Below, one piece after another: positions 63,626 to 64,000 of a stretch of 64,000 nt of DNA. The stretch's first letter is position 1, and every line of letters starts with the position of its first letter. Source of the DNA: Pristiophorus japonicus (taxonomy: Eukaryota); contig NC_091984.1 in the NCBI RefSeq assembly GCF_044704955.1, positions 136,524,001 to 136,588,000 of the forward strand. The letters run 5' to 3'. Under the pieces are notes generated by a model. It did not search any database and was not told the origin of the DNA. It saw nothing but the letters and a program-made list of their open reading frames with translations. A program made the translations under genes and the position numbers.

Positions 63626-64000
63626 TGGTGTTTCACAGCTGGCGCACTTGATGTTTAACTTTACTGAGATCCTAGCTGGTTGAGGAGGTGTCTTGGCAGA
63701 GTGGTGGGAGCCAGCTGCCAGCATACATTTTCTTTTAGCCAGGAAAGGTGTCATGGAGTCGGGGGGCAAATTAAAGGTGATGAACATAATAAATGGGGGT
63801 AATTTTATATTGAAAGAAAAAATACACTCGTGGGATGTCTCTCCTATCCATGGAAAACTGGTAAAATACTTGCTAAATGTGCAGTTTCTTGTGCAGAGCC
63901 TGAGGTTATCCATTTAAAGGCAATGATTTTAGGTCCAATCCTAGCATATTGTAATCATGTCCAGTGCAGTTTGATGCATTTTCTCCATCTTTCATATAAC

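Overview
This is eukaryotic, vertebrate-type, repeat-dense DNA. It is most likely from a cartilaginous fish (inferred from the shark-like CR1 3' tails ending in (CTATGTTT)n/(CTTATGTT)n, a Deu-type SINE and Penelope-like remnants). I found no intact host protein-coding gene, rRNA, functional tRNA or CRISPR array. The long ORFs in the track are decayed LINE ORF1/ORF2 pieces or G/P-rich artefacts of low-complexity MITE cores. The window holds many CR1 copies of several subfamilies, RTE-clade LINEs, L2 ends, SINEs, two Penelope-like fragments, one probable solo LTR and eight non-autonomous DNA transposons with GGGCC-starting TIRs and mostly 3-bp TSDs (PIF/Harbinger-like). Nesting is up to four levels deep. 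The most notable observations are: (1) a tRNA-Gly(GCC) 3' half plus a trailer-like spacer fused to a CR1 3' tip; (2) two CR1s lacking the RT, one also an apparent inter-subfamily recombinant with two endonuclease start motifs; (3) an 84-bp duplication flanking an RTE insertion; (4) a MITE family with an apparent target preference that hit the CR1 tail twice and carries promoter-like motifs and outward-facing splice donors. A minus-strand bias of retroelements suggests the window is an intron of a plus-strand gene. All family names come from motif recognition by eye; no database search was run, so novelty is unverified.
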